Shown in pieces: positions 17,610 through 26,838 of a stretch of DNA of 64,000 nt. The position numbers and the translations under genes were made by a program. This DNA comes from Candidatus Alloenteromonas pullistercoris (lineage in GTDB: Bacteria; Bacillota_I; Bacilli_A; RFN20; CAG-826): positions 5,754-69,753 of the forward strand of contig JADINA010000007.1 in assembly GCA_017694295.1 (NCBI GenBank), read 5' to 3'. Positions within the stretch are counted from its first letter, which is position 1. Every line of letters begins with the position of its first letter. The notes beneath the pieces are model-generated. The model saw only the letters and a list, made by a program, of their open reading frames with translations. It made no database searches and was not told the DNA's origin.

Positions 17610-19324
17610 TCTCCGCGAAGCCGCCTTAGCGAGGCGGTAACGTCCTCATAGGCCTTGTCGAATTCCCCTTTGCGGTAAAACTCCTCGGCCTGCTTAAGCT
17701 GGGCGTCGAGGTCGGAGAGGCGGAAGCGGTCGCGGTTGGCGTAGGTGATGGCGGCGTCGGTCGAGACCATCCCCTCGTAATCCCTTTTTATGCCGGAAAG
17801 GGCCTCGTCGCCGACTTTGGTCAAGTCGAAGGCGGCTTCGTTGACCTTGGCCACGTCGATCGGGGTGGTGTGGAGGGTCGAGTAGATCGAATCGATGTCC
17901 TTTAGGCAGGACTCGAGGTTCTTTTCGTATTTCTCGGTCAATGCGGGCAATCCCATCTCGCGGAGGGTGAACTCGGCGTCGAGGATGGCCTTGTGGTATT
18001 TGACGACCTTGGAGAGGGCGGCTTCGCTGTCGGTTTTAAGCGAGACCAGGTAGCGGTTGAAATCCTCGATCCCGGCCTCGTTTTCCTTCGCCTCCTCCTC
18101 AAGCTCGTTCATCTTCTCGACCAAGGCGGAATAGGGTTGCTTGGTGAGAGAATGGATGAGGTTATCGAGGAAGCGCTTGGTGGCCCCCATCTTGTTGATG
18201 GTGCTTTTTATCCGGTTGACGTTCTCGTTTTGCTCAGCGGCGATGACGTAGATCCTCTCGACGTTGGGGAGGGCGTTGCAAAGGCGGGTGAACTTCTTCT
18301 CGACCGAGGTGGAGTAGTCGTAAACCTGGTCGCAGCGCGATTCGAAGGCGACCCGGCAGTCCTTCTCCTTCTCAAAGCCCTCGAGGTAGCCGTCGATGGC
18401 GGCCTGGATGGCGTCGAGGCGGGTTTGGGCCTTGCCGTAATGGAAGGATTTGACGTCGTGGGCGATGGAGTCGAGCTCGTTTTGCAAGTCGTCGATGGCC
18501 CCTTTGCTAAGCAGATGCTGCAGCGGGTACCCCGAGGAGCGCATCTCCTCGTAATGGGCTTGCAGGGAAAGCAGCTTATCGGGGATGACGTGCTCGATGG
18601 AAACGCAGATGTTGGGGAGCTCGGAAAGGGCGCGGGAAAGCTCGGAGAGGACCTTCTCGACGTTGGGGATGAGCTGCCTCGCCTCCTCGTATTGGGCCGA
18701 ATCGACAAGCGAGGCGAATTTGTCGAAGAGGTCGTCGAGCTTGGCGAAGACGGTTTGGAAGGAATCGCGGCAAAGGGAAAGATCGCCCTGCTTCAATGCG
18801 TAATCCTGCTTGATGGCCCTGAATTGCTCCTTCATGTGCAGCGACTTCTCGTTGCATTCCTCCTCCGGGAGTATGAGCTCGTGGAGGTCGTTGTGGAGGG
18901 AGTTGGCGGCGGCGTCGAACTCGTCGATGACTCGCTTCGCCTCAGGAAGGGCGGCTTTTAGCTGCTTGTAGCTATGCTCCTCAAGCATGTCCTTGAGGTC
19001 ATTTATCGCCTTTTGGGCGGCGGCGTCGCCTTTGTCGCGGATGTCCTTGAAGCGCTTCTCGAAGCTTTGGTGGCGGGCGACGAAAAGGAGGTTGGTCGAG
19101 GCGATCCGCTCCAATTGCTTCACCCAATGCGCGTCTTGCCCGATAAGCAGGCTATGGAGGTATTCGAAGCGGCGGATGAGCTCCTTGGCCTGAGCTTTCG
19201 AGCGCATGTGCTGGAAGAAGAAGAAATAGAGCAGGATGGCGATACCGACGAGGGCCAAGAGCACGCCCCCGACGATCAGCCCGATGGCAAGGCCGGAAAG
19301 GTTGATAAGCAAGTAGGTTTCCAT
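17606..19324 (-). CDS. ezrA: Septation ring formation regulator EzrA
   Basis: N-terminal TM (LIVGGVLLALVGIAILLYFFFF) followed by ~540 aa of coiled-coil; length and position (upstream of nifZ-thiI) match B. subtilis ezrA. Confidence 0.8.
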   Translation of the reverse strand: METYLLINLSGLAIGLIVGGVLLALVGIAILLYFFFFQHMRSKAQAKELIRRFEYLHSLLIGQDAHWVKQLERIASTNLLFVARHQSFEKRFKDIRDKGDAAAQKAINDLKDMLEEHSYKQLKAALPEAKRVIDEFDAAANSLHNDLHELILPEEECNEKSLHMKEQFRAIKQDYALKQGDLSLCRDSFQTVFAKLDDLFDKFASLVDSAQYEEARQLIPNVEKVLSELSRALSELPNICVSIEHVIPDKLLSLQAHYEEMRSSGYPLQHLLSKGAIDDLQNELDSIAHDVKSFHYGKAQTRLDAIQAAIDGYLEGFEKEKDCRVAFESRCDQVYDYSTSVEKKFTRLCNALPNVERIYVIAAEQNENVNRIKSTINKMGATKRFLDNLIHSLTKQPYSALVEKMNELEEEAKENEAGIEDFNRYLVSLKTDSEAALSKVVKYHKAILDAEFTLREMGLPALTEKYEKNLESCLKDIDSIYSTLHTTPIDVAKVNEAAFDLTKVGDEALSGIKRDYEGMVSTDAAITYANRDRFRLSDLDAQLKQAEEFYRKGEFDKAYEDVTASLRRLRGE

Positions 19325-19412
19325 AACGTGAATAGTTTAGCACCCATGGGGGCGCGCCCGCGATAGCGAATTTGGCGTTTCGTTTTCTTGAAGGCGGAAT
19401 TGAAGGCGTTTT

Positions 19413-19442
19413 GGGAAAAAGAAAAGCCCTTTTGCGGGCTTT
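19413..19442 (-). terminator. Rho-independent terminator after the amidohydrolase gene
   Basis: AAAGCCC-ttttgc-GGGCTTT; minus-strand T-tract TTTTCTTTTTCCC. Confidence 0.5.
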
Positions 19443-19458
19443 TGCGGTTGTTTTCTCC

Positions 19459-20742
19459 TTACCGGGATTCGAATTCCTTCTTGAGCCGGGAGGTCACTTC
19501 CTCGGCCTCGGCGATGATCGAGTCGACGCTTTGGGGTAGGTTGAAGCCTCCGTCTAGGTAAAGCGGGCGGCCCTCGACCATCGTCATCTTGACGTCGTCT
19601 TTGGCCCCGGAATAGACGAGGTTGTTGGGCAGATCGTTGAATGGGCGCATGTTGGGCCGATTCAAATCGATTAAAAGCAAATCGGCCCGCTGACCGACCT
19701 TTACGTAAAGTGAATCGGATAGCCCCATCGCCTTCGCGCTTCCAACGGTCGCGGCCTTAAGGGCGCTTATGCCCTTGAAGGCGGAGGTGTCGTTTAGGCG
19801 AAGCTTCTGCAAGACGCAGGCAAGGCGCATCTCGTAAAACATGTCGAGGCCGTTGTTGCTCCCGGGCCCATCGGTCCCTAATCCCAAATTGATGCCTTTC
19901 TCCTCCATTTCGACTAACGGCGCGATCCCCGAGGCCAACTTGGCGTTGCTGCCTGGGCAGGAGACGAGGGAAGCGCCCCTAGAGGCGTAGATCTCCATAT
20001 CGCGTTTGGAGAAGGCGACGCCATGGAAACCCCCGCCGCCATAATCCAATAGGCCGAGGCTATCGGCGTATTCGACCGGGCTTAGGCCGTTATGGCGCTT
20101 TTTGCATTCCTCCACCTCGCGAGGCGTCTCCGAGGTATGGGAATAAACCGGGCATTTAAGCAGGTGGCTCGCCTTGGATAGCTCAACGAGTATCTCTTCT
20201 TTGCAGGTGTATTCGGCGTGGAAGCCAAGCTCGTAGCGGATAAGCGGGTTCTTCCCGTTTATGGTCTTGTAGTAATCGACCATCTCCGCGACCGATTCGC
20301 GGTTGTCGTTGACCGTCCCAAGAAGCACGGTTTTGAAGCCAAGTTCCTCGCTGGCCTTGGCCATCTCCAAGGGGGAGTAGTACATGTCGAAGCAGGCGGT
20401 CATGCCGGAGCTTAGGTATTCGAGGATGGCGAGTTTGCAAAGGTGATATTGGTCACCGGGCTTTATAAGATCCTCGAGGGGGAAGATGCGGTTGAAAAGC
20501 CATTCGTGGAGGGGCAGGTCGTCGCTATAGCTCCTTGAGAAGGTCATCGGCGAGTGGGTATGGGCGTTTTTAAAGCCGGGGAGGAGCAGGTTCCCTTGGC
20601 AATCGTAGACGAAATCGGCCTTCCTCTCGATGCCTTGGGCGATCTGCTTGATCTCGCCTTCTTCGATGTAGACGTCGGCTTGGTAAATGTCGCGCCCCGG
20701 CTCCATGGAAAGGATGCTGGCGTCTTTTAGCAATGAGGTCAT
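19459..20742 (-). CDS. Metal-dependent amidohydrolase (MtaD/SsnA-like nucleoside or base deaminase family)
   Basis: Start re-assigned to ATG 20742 (MTSLLKDASIL) with GGGGGA RBS; HxH metal motif (FKNAHTHSPMTF); amidohydrolase_1 fold length. Confidence 0.75.
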   Translation of the reverse strand: MTSLLKDASILSMEPGRDIYQADVYIEEGEIKQIAQGIERKADFVYDCQGNLLLPGFKNAHTHSPMTFSRSYSDDLPLHEWLFNRIFPLEDLIKPGDQYHLCKLAILEYLSSGMTACFDMYYSPLEMAKASEELGFKTVLLGTVNDNRESVAEMVDYYKTINGKNPLIRYELGFHAEYTCKEEILVELSKASHLLKCPVYSHTSETPREVEECKKRHNGLSPVEYADSLGLLDYGGGGFHGVAFSKRDMEIYASRGASLVSCPGSNAKLASGIAPLVEMEEKGINLGLGTDGPGSNNGLDMFYEMRLACVLQKLRLNDTSAFKGISALKAATVGSAKAMGLSDSLYVKVGQRADLLLIDLNRPNMRPFNDLPNNLVYSGAKDDVKMTMVEGRPLYLDGGFNLPQSVDSIIAEAEEVTSRLKKEFESR

Positions 20743-20804
20743 GGGTCTTCCCCCTTTCGCGAACAGGATAAAGTATAGGCCAAATGCCGGCATTCAGAAA
20801 GTGT

Positions 20805-20833
20805 TTGCATCGCGCGGGCGGATGGTCTACAAT
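20805..20833 (+). promoter_or_regulatory. Sigma-A-type promoter of rpsD
   Basis: TTGCAT-17 nt-TACAAT. Confidence 0.45.
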
Positions 20834-20839
20834 TCCGCC

Positions 20840-20981
20840 TGCGTATGAAGCAGCACGGGACCACTCTCCCGCCTGACGTCGCGACAGACAAGTAAGCCAG
20901 AGCTACCTGGCCGAACTCACGACACCCGGGGAGAAGGGGGGACCGCTCACGACTTCGTTCGCGAGAAAGGAGACATGGAAA
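20840..20981 (+). promoter_or_regulatory. rpsD 5' leader (candidate S4 autoregulatory leader)
   Basis: ~140-nt untranslated GC-rich leader between promoter and the rpsD start; structure not modelled. Confidence 0.3.
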
Positions 20982-21587
20982 ATGTCTAGATACACTGACA
21001 GCGTGTGGAAGAAATCACGCCACCTCGGTTTCTCGGTGCTTGAGACCGGGGAAGAGCTCAAGAAGCGCCCCTATGGCCCTGGGCAGCATGGCCAGGACAG
21101 GAAGCGGAAGCCCTCCGAATACGGCGTCCAGCTCCTTGAGAAGCAGAAGCTTCGCAACCTCTACGGGGTCAACGAGAGGCAGTTCCGCCGCCTCTTCGTC
21201 CTCGCCAAGAAGGAACCGACCGTCACCGGCCTCGCCTTCTTCCGGATCCTCGAGTCCAGGCTCGACAACCTCGTCTACCGGATGGGCTTCGCCAGGACCC
21301 GCGCCGCCGCCAGGCAGCTCGTCAATCACGGCCACATCCTCGTCAACGGCAAGAAGTGCGACATCCCCTCCGCCCTTTGCAAGGTCGGGGACAAGATCTC
21401 GATCAAAGGCGAGAAGCAGCTTAAGGTCGTCAAGGAAGCCCTTGACTCCCGCCCCGCCTCCGTCGGCTACGTCGAGGTCAACGCCGAGAAGTTCGAAGGC
21501 GTCTTCACCCGTCAGCCCGAGCGCAACGAGCTCCCGAGCGACATCAACGAGTCGGCCATCATCGAGTACTACAACCGCAAGCTTTAA
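20982..21587 (+). CDS. rpsD: 30S ribosomal protein S4
   Basis: MSRYTDSVWKKSRHLGF...; S4 domain; 201 aa. Confidence 0.95.
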   Translation: MSRYTDSVWKKSRHLGFSVLETGEELKKRPYGPGQHGQDRKRKPSEYGVQLLEKQKLRNLYGVNERQFRRLFVLAKKEPTVTGLAFFRILESRLDNLVYRMGFARTRAAARQLVNHGHILVNGKKCDIPSALCKVGDKISIKGEKQLKVVKEALDSRPASVGYVEVNAEKFEGVFTRQPERNELPSDINESAIIEYYNRKL

Positions 21588-21604
21588 TCCAAAAGCCAAG
21601 CTTA

Positions 21605-21632
21605 GCCTCAGCCAACCGCTGGGGCTTTTTTT
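21605..21632 (+). terminator. rpsD terminator
   Basis: GCCUCAGC-caacc-GCUGGGGC (8 bp with one G-U) then TTTTTTT. Confidence 0.55.
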
Positions 21633-21643
21633 GCTTTCAATGC

Positions 21644-21677
21644 AAAAGAAAAGCCGCATCGCTGCGGCCTTTTTTTG
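21644..21677. terminator. Bidirectional terminator between rpsD and tyrS
   Basis: AAAAGAAAA GCCGCA-tcgc-TGCGGC CTTTTTTT (A-tract 5', T-tract 3'). Confidence 0.6.
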
Positions 21678-21688
21678 GTTAAAGCAAA

Positions 21689-22933
21689 CTAGAATTCGGC
21701 GAGGTAGTAGTTTTTCTTGCCCCGCTTCACCACCACATAACGGCCATGGAGCAAATAGGAGGAATCGACCATCGCCTTCGGGTCGGTGACCTTGGTCCCG
21801 TTAAGCGAGACCGAGTTCCCGGTTATGAAGGTCCTAGCCTCCCTTTTCGAGGTGGCGGCGCCAAGCTCAATCAAAAGATCCTCAAGCATCATCGGGGAGG
21901 CTTTGACCTTGAATTCCCCGAATATCTCCTCGATCTCCTTTTCCGAAAGCGAGGCGACTTCGCCCGAGAAGAGCGCTTCGCTCATCCTGATGGCCTCTTT
22001 GGCCGCCTCCTCGCCATGGATGTCCTTGGTGACCTCGTAGGCGACCCTCTTTTGGCCAATCCGCGCCCCGGGGGCGGCGAAATGCTCCTTGGCGACCTCT
22101 TCGATCTCCTCCTTGCCAAGGAAGGAAAACACCTTGAGGAAGCGGATGGCGTCCTCGTCGGTGACGTTCATGAAGTACTGGTAAAGGGCGTATGGGGAGG
22201 TAAGGGCCGAATCGAGGAAGAGGGCCCCTTTCTCCGATTTGCCGAACTTCTTGCCGTCGCTTCTAAGGATGAGGTGGGCGGTCATGGCCCCGACGGGGGC
22301 GTCATCGCCCTCGATCTTCCTTATAAGCTCAAGGCCCGAGGTCAAATTGCCCCACTGGTCGTTGCCGCCTAGCTGAAGCTTCACGCCCTTTTCCCTATAT
22401 AGATGGAGGAAGTCGGCGGCTTGGAGTATCTGATAGGCGAACTCGGTGAAGGAGATGCCCGACTCCAAACGCGATTTGACTATTTCCTTCGAGAGCATGT
22501 AGTTGATGGGGAAGTATTTGCCATAGTCGCGGAGGAACTCGATGACGGTCATCCCTCCGAGCCAATCGTAGTTGGAGATGACCTCGCCTTTGTCGGGATC
22601 GCTTAAATCGATGTAGCGCTCAAGCTGCGATTTTATCGAGGCGGTGTTCCTTTCAAGCTGCTCAAGGCTTTGGAGGTTGCGTTCCTTGCTCTTCCCCGAA
22701 GGGTCGCCGATCATCCCGGTCGCCCCGCCTACGAGGGCGATGACCTTGTGCCCGGCCATCTGGAAGCGCCGCAAAAGGGAGATCATGACGTAATTGCCTA
22801 AATGCATCGATGAGGCAGAGGGGTCAAACCCGCAGTAGACGGGGGCCTTCTGCTTCAGCAACTCGGCGATCCGCTCCTTGTCGGAGAACTGCTCAATAAG
22901 ATCGCGGTAAGTCAAATCTTCCAATAAATCCAT
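21689..22933 (-). CDS. tyrS: Tyrosine--tRNA ligase
   Basis: HIGH motif (HLGNYV), KMSKS motif (KFGKS), C-terminal S4-like domain; 414 aa. Confidence 0.95.
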   Translation of the reverse strand: MDLLEDLTYRDLIEQFSDKERIAELLKQKAPVYCGFDPSASSMHLGNYVMISLLRRFQMAGHKVIALVGGATGMIGDPSGKSKERNLQSLEQLERNTASIKSQLERYIDLSDPDKGEVISNYDWLGGMTVIEFLRDYGKYFPINYMLSKEIVKSRLESGISFTEFAYQILQAADFLHLYREKGVKLQLGGNDQWGNLTSGLELIRKIEGDDAPVGAMTAHLILRSDGKKFGKSEKGALFLDSALTSPYALYQYFMNVTDEDAIRFLKVFSFLGKEEIEEVAKEHFAAPGARIGQKRVAYEVTKDIHGEEAAKEAIRMSEALFSGEVASLSEKEIEEIFGEFKVKASPMMLEDLLIELGAATSKREARTFITGNSVSLNGTKVTDPKAMVDSSYLLHGRYVVVKRGKKNYYLAEF

Positions 22934-23020
22934 AAAAACACCTCGGACGTCCGCTTTAGCGGAACCGAGGCTATTCTACCCTAAAGGGTATTTAAAACAA
23001 GGAGGAAGAGGGGCTTTCCC

Positions 23021-23557
23021 TCATCTAACCCTAAGCGAAAGTATCGAATCGACGAACTCCGACTTGCCCGCGGTGTAGTTTTTCCTTTCGTTTGGAAAGC
23101 GCTTGGCGAGGCTTTCCTTGAGCTCTTCGTATTCCTTGGCCTTCTCGAGGTGGGAGGAGAGAAAGTCGCGGAAGAAAAGGTAATCCTCGAAGCGGCCATC
23201 ACCTTTTTGGCAGAAATGGACAAAGGCGATGGATTCCCCCTTTTCGTTTTCCATTGCGTAAAGGATCTGATTGGGGACGTCCTCGCCGCGTAAAATAAGT
23301 CCTAGTAGCTCAAGTTCGTCCCTTTTCGCCTTGGCTTGCGAAATATCGGTTAGGCAAACCGCGATATCGGCGATCGGCTTGGCTTTGATGCTTTGGATCG
23401 CCGTGCTCCCAACATGGGCGAACTCGGCGCCAGGAAAAACCGGTTTGAGTCTTTCGATGACCTTGTTGGCTAGTTCCTTTGCCTGCAGATGGCATTCACC
23501 TAGCGCCACCTTTCCCTTTGCAAGTCCAAGTTCCATAACCCAGTTCCAAAAAATCAT
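23021..23557 (-). CDS. GrpB-family (nucleotidyltransferase-fold) protein
   Basis: ~178 aa with HVGSTAI nucleotidyltransferase-like motif characteristic of GrpB/DUF. Confidence 0.6.
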   Translation of the reverse strand: MIFWNWVMELGLAKGKVALGECHLQAKELANKVIERLKPVFPGAEFAHVGSTAIQSIKAKPIADIAVCLTDISQAKAKRDELELLGLILRGEDVPNQILYAMENEKGESIAFVHFCQKGDGRFEDYLFFRDFLSSHLEKAKEYEELKESLAKRFPNERKNYTAGKSEFVDSILSLRVR

Positions 23558-23639
23558 ATCCCCGAGGAAAGAGACAAAGTAAATAGGAAGGCATTTCGAA
23601 TTGTTGAAAAACGCCGATCAGATCTTGATATAATCCGGT

Positions 23640-24944
23640 TTGTTGATTATGGAAAGCAAACCAAAGGCGAAAAACAGGCGGGCCAAGCAGCTGCCACGCG
23701 CGATTGAGCTATTTGCCGGAGTAGGCGGCTTTCGGGTCGGCTTAAACCGCATTCGCTCCCTTGAGAACACGCTAAGAGAGAGAGAGAGAGAGAGATTTAA
23801 TTTCGTCTTCGCCAACCAATTTGAGCCGTCGACCAAAAGGCAAGACGCCTTCATCTGCTACCAAACCCATTTCCCCGACGGCGAGAACTCAAACCTCGAC
23901 ATCGCCAAAGTCGACAAAGCGTCAATCCCCGATTTCGACTTGCTGACGGCCGGCTTCCCCTGCCAAGACTATTCGGTCGCCAGAAGCCTGGCCAACGAGA
24001 AAGGAATCGAGGGGAAGAAAGGCGTCCTTTGGTGGGAGATAAACGATATCCTGCTGACCAAGAAGCCGAAGTTCGCCCTTTTGGAAAACGTCGACCGCCT
24101 CATTAAGGCCCCCTCTAAGCAAAGGGGCCGCGATTTCGGAATTATCCTCCATTGCCTAAACCAAGCCGGATACGGGGTTTTGTATAAGGTGATCAACGCC
24201 GCCGATTACGGTTTCCCTCAAAGGAGGCGTCGCGTTTACATATTCGCCTTCCGCCTCGACACCGCCTATGGGAAAAAGATGTCCTCGATTCCGGCTAAGC
24301 AAGCCATCGAGGAAAAGGGGATATTCGGCAAGAAGTTCCCAATAAAGCCCGAAGGGAAACTCAAGGAAGCTGACTTGACTGCCTATGGTGGTCTATTGGC
24401 TTTGCAAGAGGGGTTCGCGTTTCGCTTCGAGGATGCGGGGATGATGGCAAATGGCCATATATATACGGAAAAGACGACGCCGATTCAGGAAAAGCCGATT
24501 GCCCTTGGGGAGATTCTCGAAGACCTCGTTGATGACCAAAGTCTTTTCCTAAACGAAAGGCAAATCAGAAAATTCGCTTACCTTAAAGGGGCAAAGAAAA
24601 TAAGGCGAAAGGCGAAAAACGGTCATGAATACGTCTATTCGGAAGGGCCGATCGCCAACCCGGACTACCTCGACCGCCCATCGCGGACGATGCTGACAAG
24701 CGAAGGGACCATAAACCGCTCAACCCACGTCGTCCTCGATAAGCAGACGGGAAGGCCCCGCTTGCTTAGCCCGCGGGAATGCGAACGGCTCAACACCTTC
24801 CCCGACGACTGGACCGCGACCATGCCGAAAAATCGCCGCTACTTCATGATGGGCAACGCTTTGGTATGCGGGCTTATAGAGAGAATCGGCGATGAGATAG
24901 AGCTCATTTTCAAGGAGGAGGGGAAAGATGGAACGGGGGATTGA
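23640..24944 (+). CDS. DNA (cytosine-5)-methyltransferase (type II R-M M subunit)
   Basis: Motif I FAGVGGF, motif IV GFPCQDYS, motif VI ENV, motif X-like MGNALV; contains an in-frame (AG)10 tract. Confidence 0.85.
   Translation: MLIMESKPKAKNRRAKQLPRAIELFAGVGGFRVGLNRIRSLENTLRERERERFNFVFANQFEPSTKRQDAFICYQTHFPDGENSNLDIAKVDKASIPDFDLLTAGFPCQDYSVARSLANEKGIEGKKGVLWWEINDILLTKKPKFALLENVDRLIKAPSKQRGRDFGIILHCLNQAGYGVLYKVINAADYGFPQRRRRVYIFAFRLDTAYGKKMSSIPAKQAIEEKGIFGKKFPIKPEGKLKEADLTAYGGLLALQEGFAFRFEDAGMMANGHIYTEKTTPIQEKPIALGEILEDLVDDQSLFLNERQIRKFAYLKGAKKIRRKAKNGHEYVYSEGPIANPDYLDRPSRTMLTSEGTINRSTHVVLDKQTGRPRLLSPRECERLNTFPDDWTATMPKNRRYFMMGNALVCGLIERIGDEIELIFKEEGKDGTGD
23775..23795. repeat. (AG)10A dinucleotide simple-sequence repeat inside the C5-methyltransferase ORF
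   Basis: agagagagagagagagagaga read in frame as RERERER between MTase motifs I and IV. Confidence 0.9.
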
Positions 24945-25602
24945 GGAGATACTCGCTTACCTCAACGGTTTTGCCGGGAAAAGCATCGAAGAGCTCTTTT
25001 CCTACGTCAATCTGGCCACAAAGGCAAAAAACAGGAACCGAATGCTGGCCGAAAAGCTTTTGGAAGCCTATTTGGGACATGGATTTTCGGTTTCAAATGC
25101 CCCATGGCAGTTAAAAACGATAAGGCTAGACAAAAACAACCGGCCCAAGGAATCTTGCGCCTTCCCGACCTTCCGCTGCGCCGATATTGCGAATAACGAC
25201 TTCGCCCATTCGGAAATCAGGAAAACCCTCGATGGGGATTTCCTTTTCTTCGCCACCAAAGATAGCGGGCGCGAGGTATTCGTCGGCGCTTTCATCTACC
25301 GCCTCCCGAAAGCCTACTTGGACGGGGAGGTAAAGGAGGTTTACGAGAAAACCCGGAAGGTCATTCGAAGCGGGGACGTAGTCAAATGCCGAAAGGACAA
25401 CCGCCTCATCCTCAACTTCCCGCGCGAAAGCGAGCAGCGGATCGCCCATGTCCGCCCCCATGGCCGCAACCAATTCGACGTCGACCATTTGCCGGTAAGG
25501 GACATCAAAACCGGCATAACCGACATACCAAAGCATTGCTTTTGGCTTAACAAAGGCTTCATCGAGGAAATCGCAAAAGCCAATCTAAATTTGGAGGCAT
25601 GA
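24928..25602 (+). CDS. MutH/Sau3AI-family endonuclease-like protein (probable cognate REase of the C5 MTase)
   Basis: 224 aa (MutH is 229 aa); C-terminal RIAHVRPHGRNQFD...CFWLNKGFIEEIA resembles MutH LQIRPKAANAKA...GFYLKKNFTSALL; central QLKT where MutH has ELKT; 17-nt overlap with the MTase gene. Confidence 0.55.
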   Translation: MERGIEEILAYLNGFAGKSIEELFSYVNLATKAKNRNRMLAEKLLEAYLGHGFSVSNAPWQLKTIRLDKNNRPKESCAFPTFRCADIANNDFAHSEIRKTLDGDFLFFATKDSGREVFVGAFIYRLPKAYLDGEVKEVYEKTRKVIRSGDVVKCRKDNRLILNFPRESEQRIAHVRPHGRNQFDVDHLPVRDIKTGITDIPKHCFWLNKGFIEEIAKANLNLEA

Positions 25603-25608
25603 TATACA

Positions 25609-26838
25609 ATGATTGACGTCAATTCCGGGCTATTCAAAAAAGGGATAAAGAAAAGGCTACCCCTAAATGGGAGAACCGAGGAAGTAGATACGTATCTCAT
25701 TCCCGTTGAGAAGCTATTCTTCAATGACTTGAATTCCCGCATCGCCACCTATTCGGAAAGCTACAGAAAAGAATACGGGGAGTCGCTTTCCTCACTTTTG
25801 GGAAGGGACAAGGAGAGATACAACGACGTCGTATCCGGCTACATAAAGGAATCCGCGGCCGACGGGGGCGCCTCCTTCCGCGCCACCAAGGAAGACATAA
25901 GGGAAAAAGGGCAAAGGGAGCCCGGCGTCATCCTTACAGACGGGAGGATAGTCGACGGCAACCGCCGCTTCACCTGCATTAGGGAGCTGTTCAAGGAAAC
26001 CGGGAAGGCGGACTTCGGATATTTCGAAGCCGCCGTGCTGGACGCAAGCAAGGTCGACGCCAAGACAATCAAGCGGCTTGAGTTAGCCCTCACCTTCATC
26101 GATCCCCCGAAGGAATACAACAAGGTCGAGCAATGCGCCGGCTTTTACCTTGACGTCATGAAAAACCACATCATCTCCGAAGCCGAATACCAGTATGCCA
26201 CCAACCGCACCGACCCCGAGATGAAAAATCTAAAGAACCTCGTCGAGACGATGCTTGAATACCTAACCTGGCTTAATCAGCCGGAGGCCTTTTACATTAT
26301 TAAGCAAAACCGCCTCGACGGTCCTTTCGAGGAGCTTTACAAATTTAGGTCAAGTATCGGGTCAAACGCCTGGAACGAGAAGAAATTCGCCTTCTTCTCA
26401 TATCTCAAATTCCACAGTAAAGGGGACACGACCAGGGAAATGCGCGAGCTAATAAAATCCGCCAAGGATAGCGGGACGTTATTCAATCGGGTTGAAAAAA
26501 CCGCCAAGGAGAAAAGGGCGGATATCATAAACGCCATTTCGGGAATCGGGGAAAAAGACGAAACCAGGAAAAGGGAAACGCAAAGGATAAGCGACGCCAT
26601 CGTCGCAGACATTAAGAAGTCTTTCGACGCCGGATCGATGGTCGAGAAGCAGGAGAAAACCGCGCTTGAACCGCTTCAGGCAATCGAAAACAGCCGCAAA
26701 AGCCTGCATAAAATCAATACAGCCGCCGTTTCCAGCTTAGATGAGCAAACCAAGGAAAAAGCCCGCAAAGAGCTTTTGGAATTGGAGAAAGTACTGCAAA
26801 AGGTCAAAGATGCCTTCGCTTCGGGAACTGACGCTTAA
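25609..26838 (+). CDS. ParB/Srx-domain (ParB-like nuclease/NTPase N-terminal domain) protein
   Basis: GQREPGVILTDGRIVDGNRRFTCIRE resembles the ParB GERRxRA box; the remaining ~270 aa are alpha-helical with no recognised domain. Confidence 0.55.
   Translation: MIDVNSGLFKKGIKKRLPLNGRTEEVDTYLIPVEKLFFNDLNSRIATYSESYRKEYGESLSSLLGRDKERYNDVVSGYIKESAADGGASFRATKEDIREKGQREPGVILTDGRIVDGNRRFTCIRELFKETGKADFGYFEAAVLDASKVDAKTIKRLELALTFIDPPKEYNKVEQCAGFYLDVMKNHIISEAEYQYATNRTDPEMKNLKNLVETMLEYLTWLNQPEAFYIIKQNRLDGPFEELYKFRSSIGSNAWNEKKFAFFSYLKFHSKGDTTREMRELIKSAKDSGTLFNRVEKTAKEKRADIINAISGIGEKDETRKRETQRISDAIVADIKKSFDAGSMVEKQEKTALEPLQAIENSRKSLHKINTAAVSSLDEQTKEKARKELLELEKVLQKVKDAFASGTDA

Noticed and set aside
22934-23020. 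T-box riboswitch leaders expected upstream of tyrS (and leuS at 46505..46603)
   Set aside because: Intergenic spaces are only 87 and 99 nt, too short for a ~250-nt T-box; no specifier/T-box consensus (AATTAGGGTGGNACCGCG) seen
23021-23557. GrpB-family gene as part of the R-M island
   Set aside because: Opposite strand, GC-typical composition and no functional link; treated as flanking backbone gene
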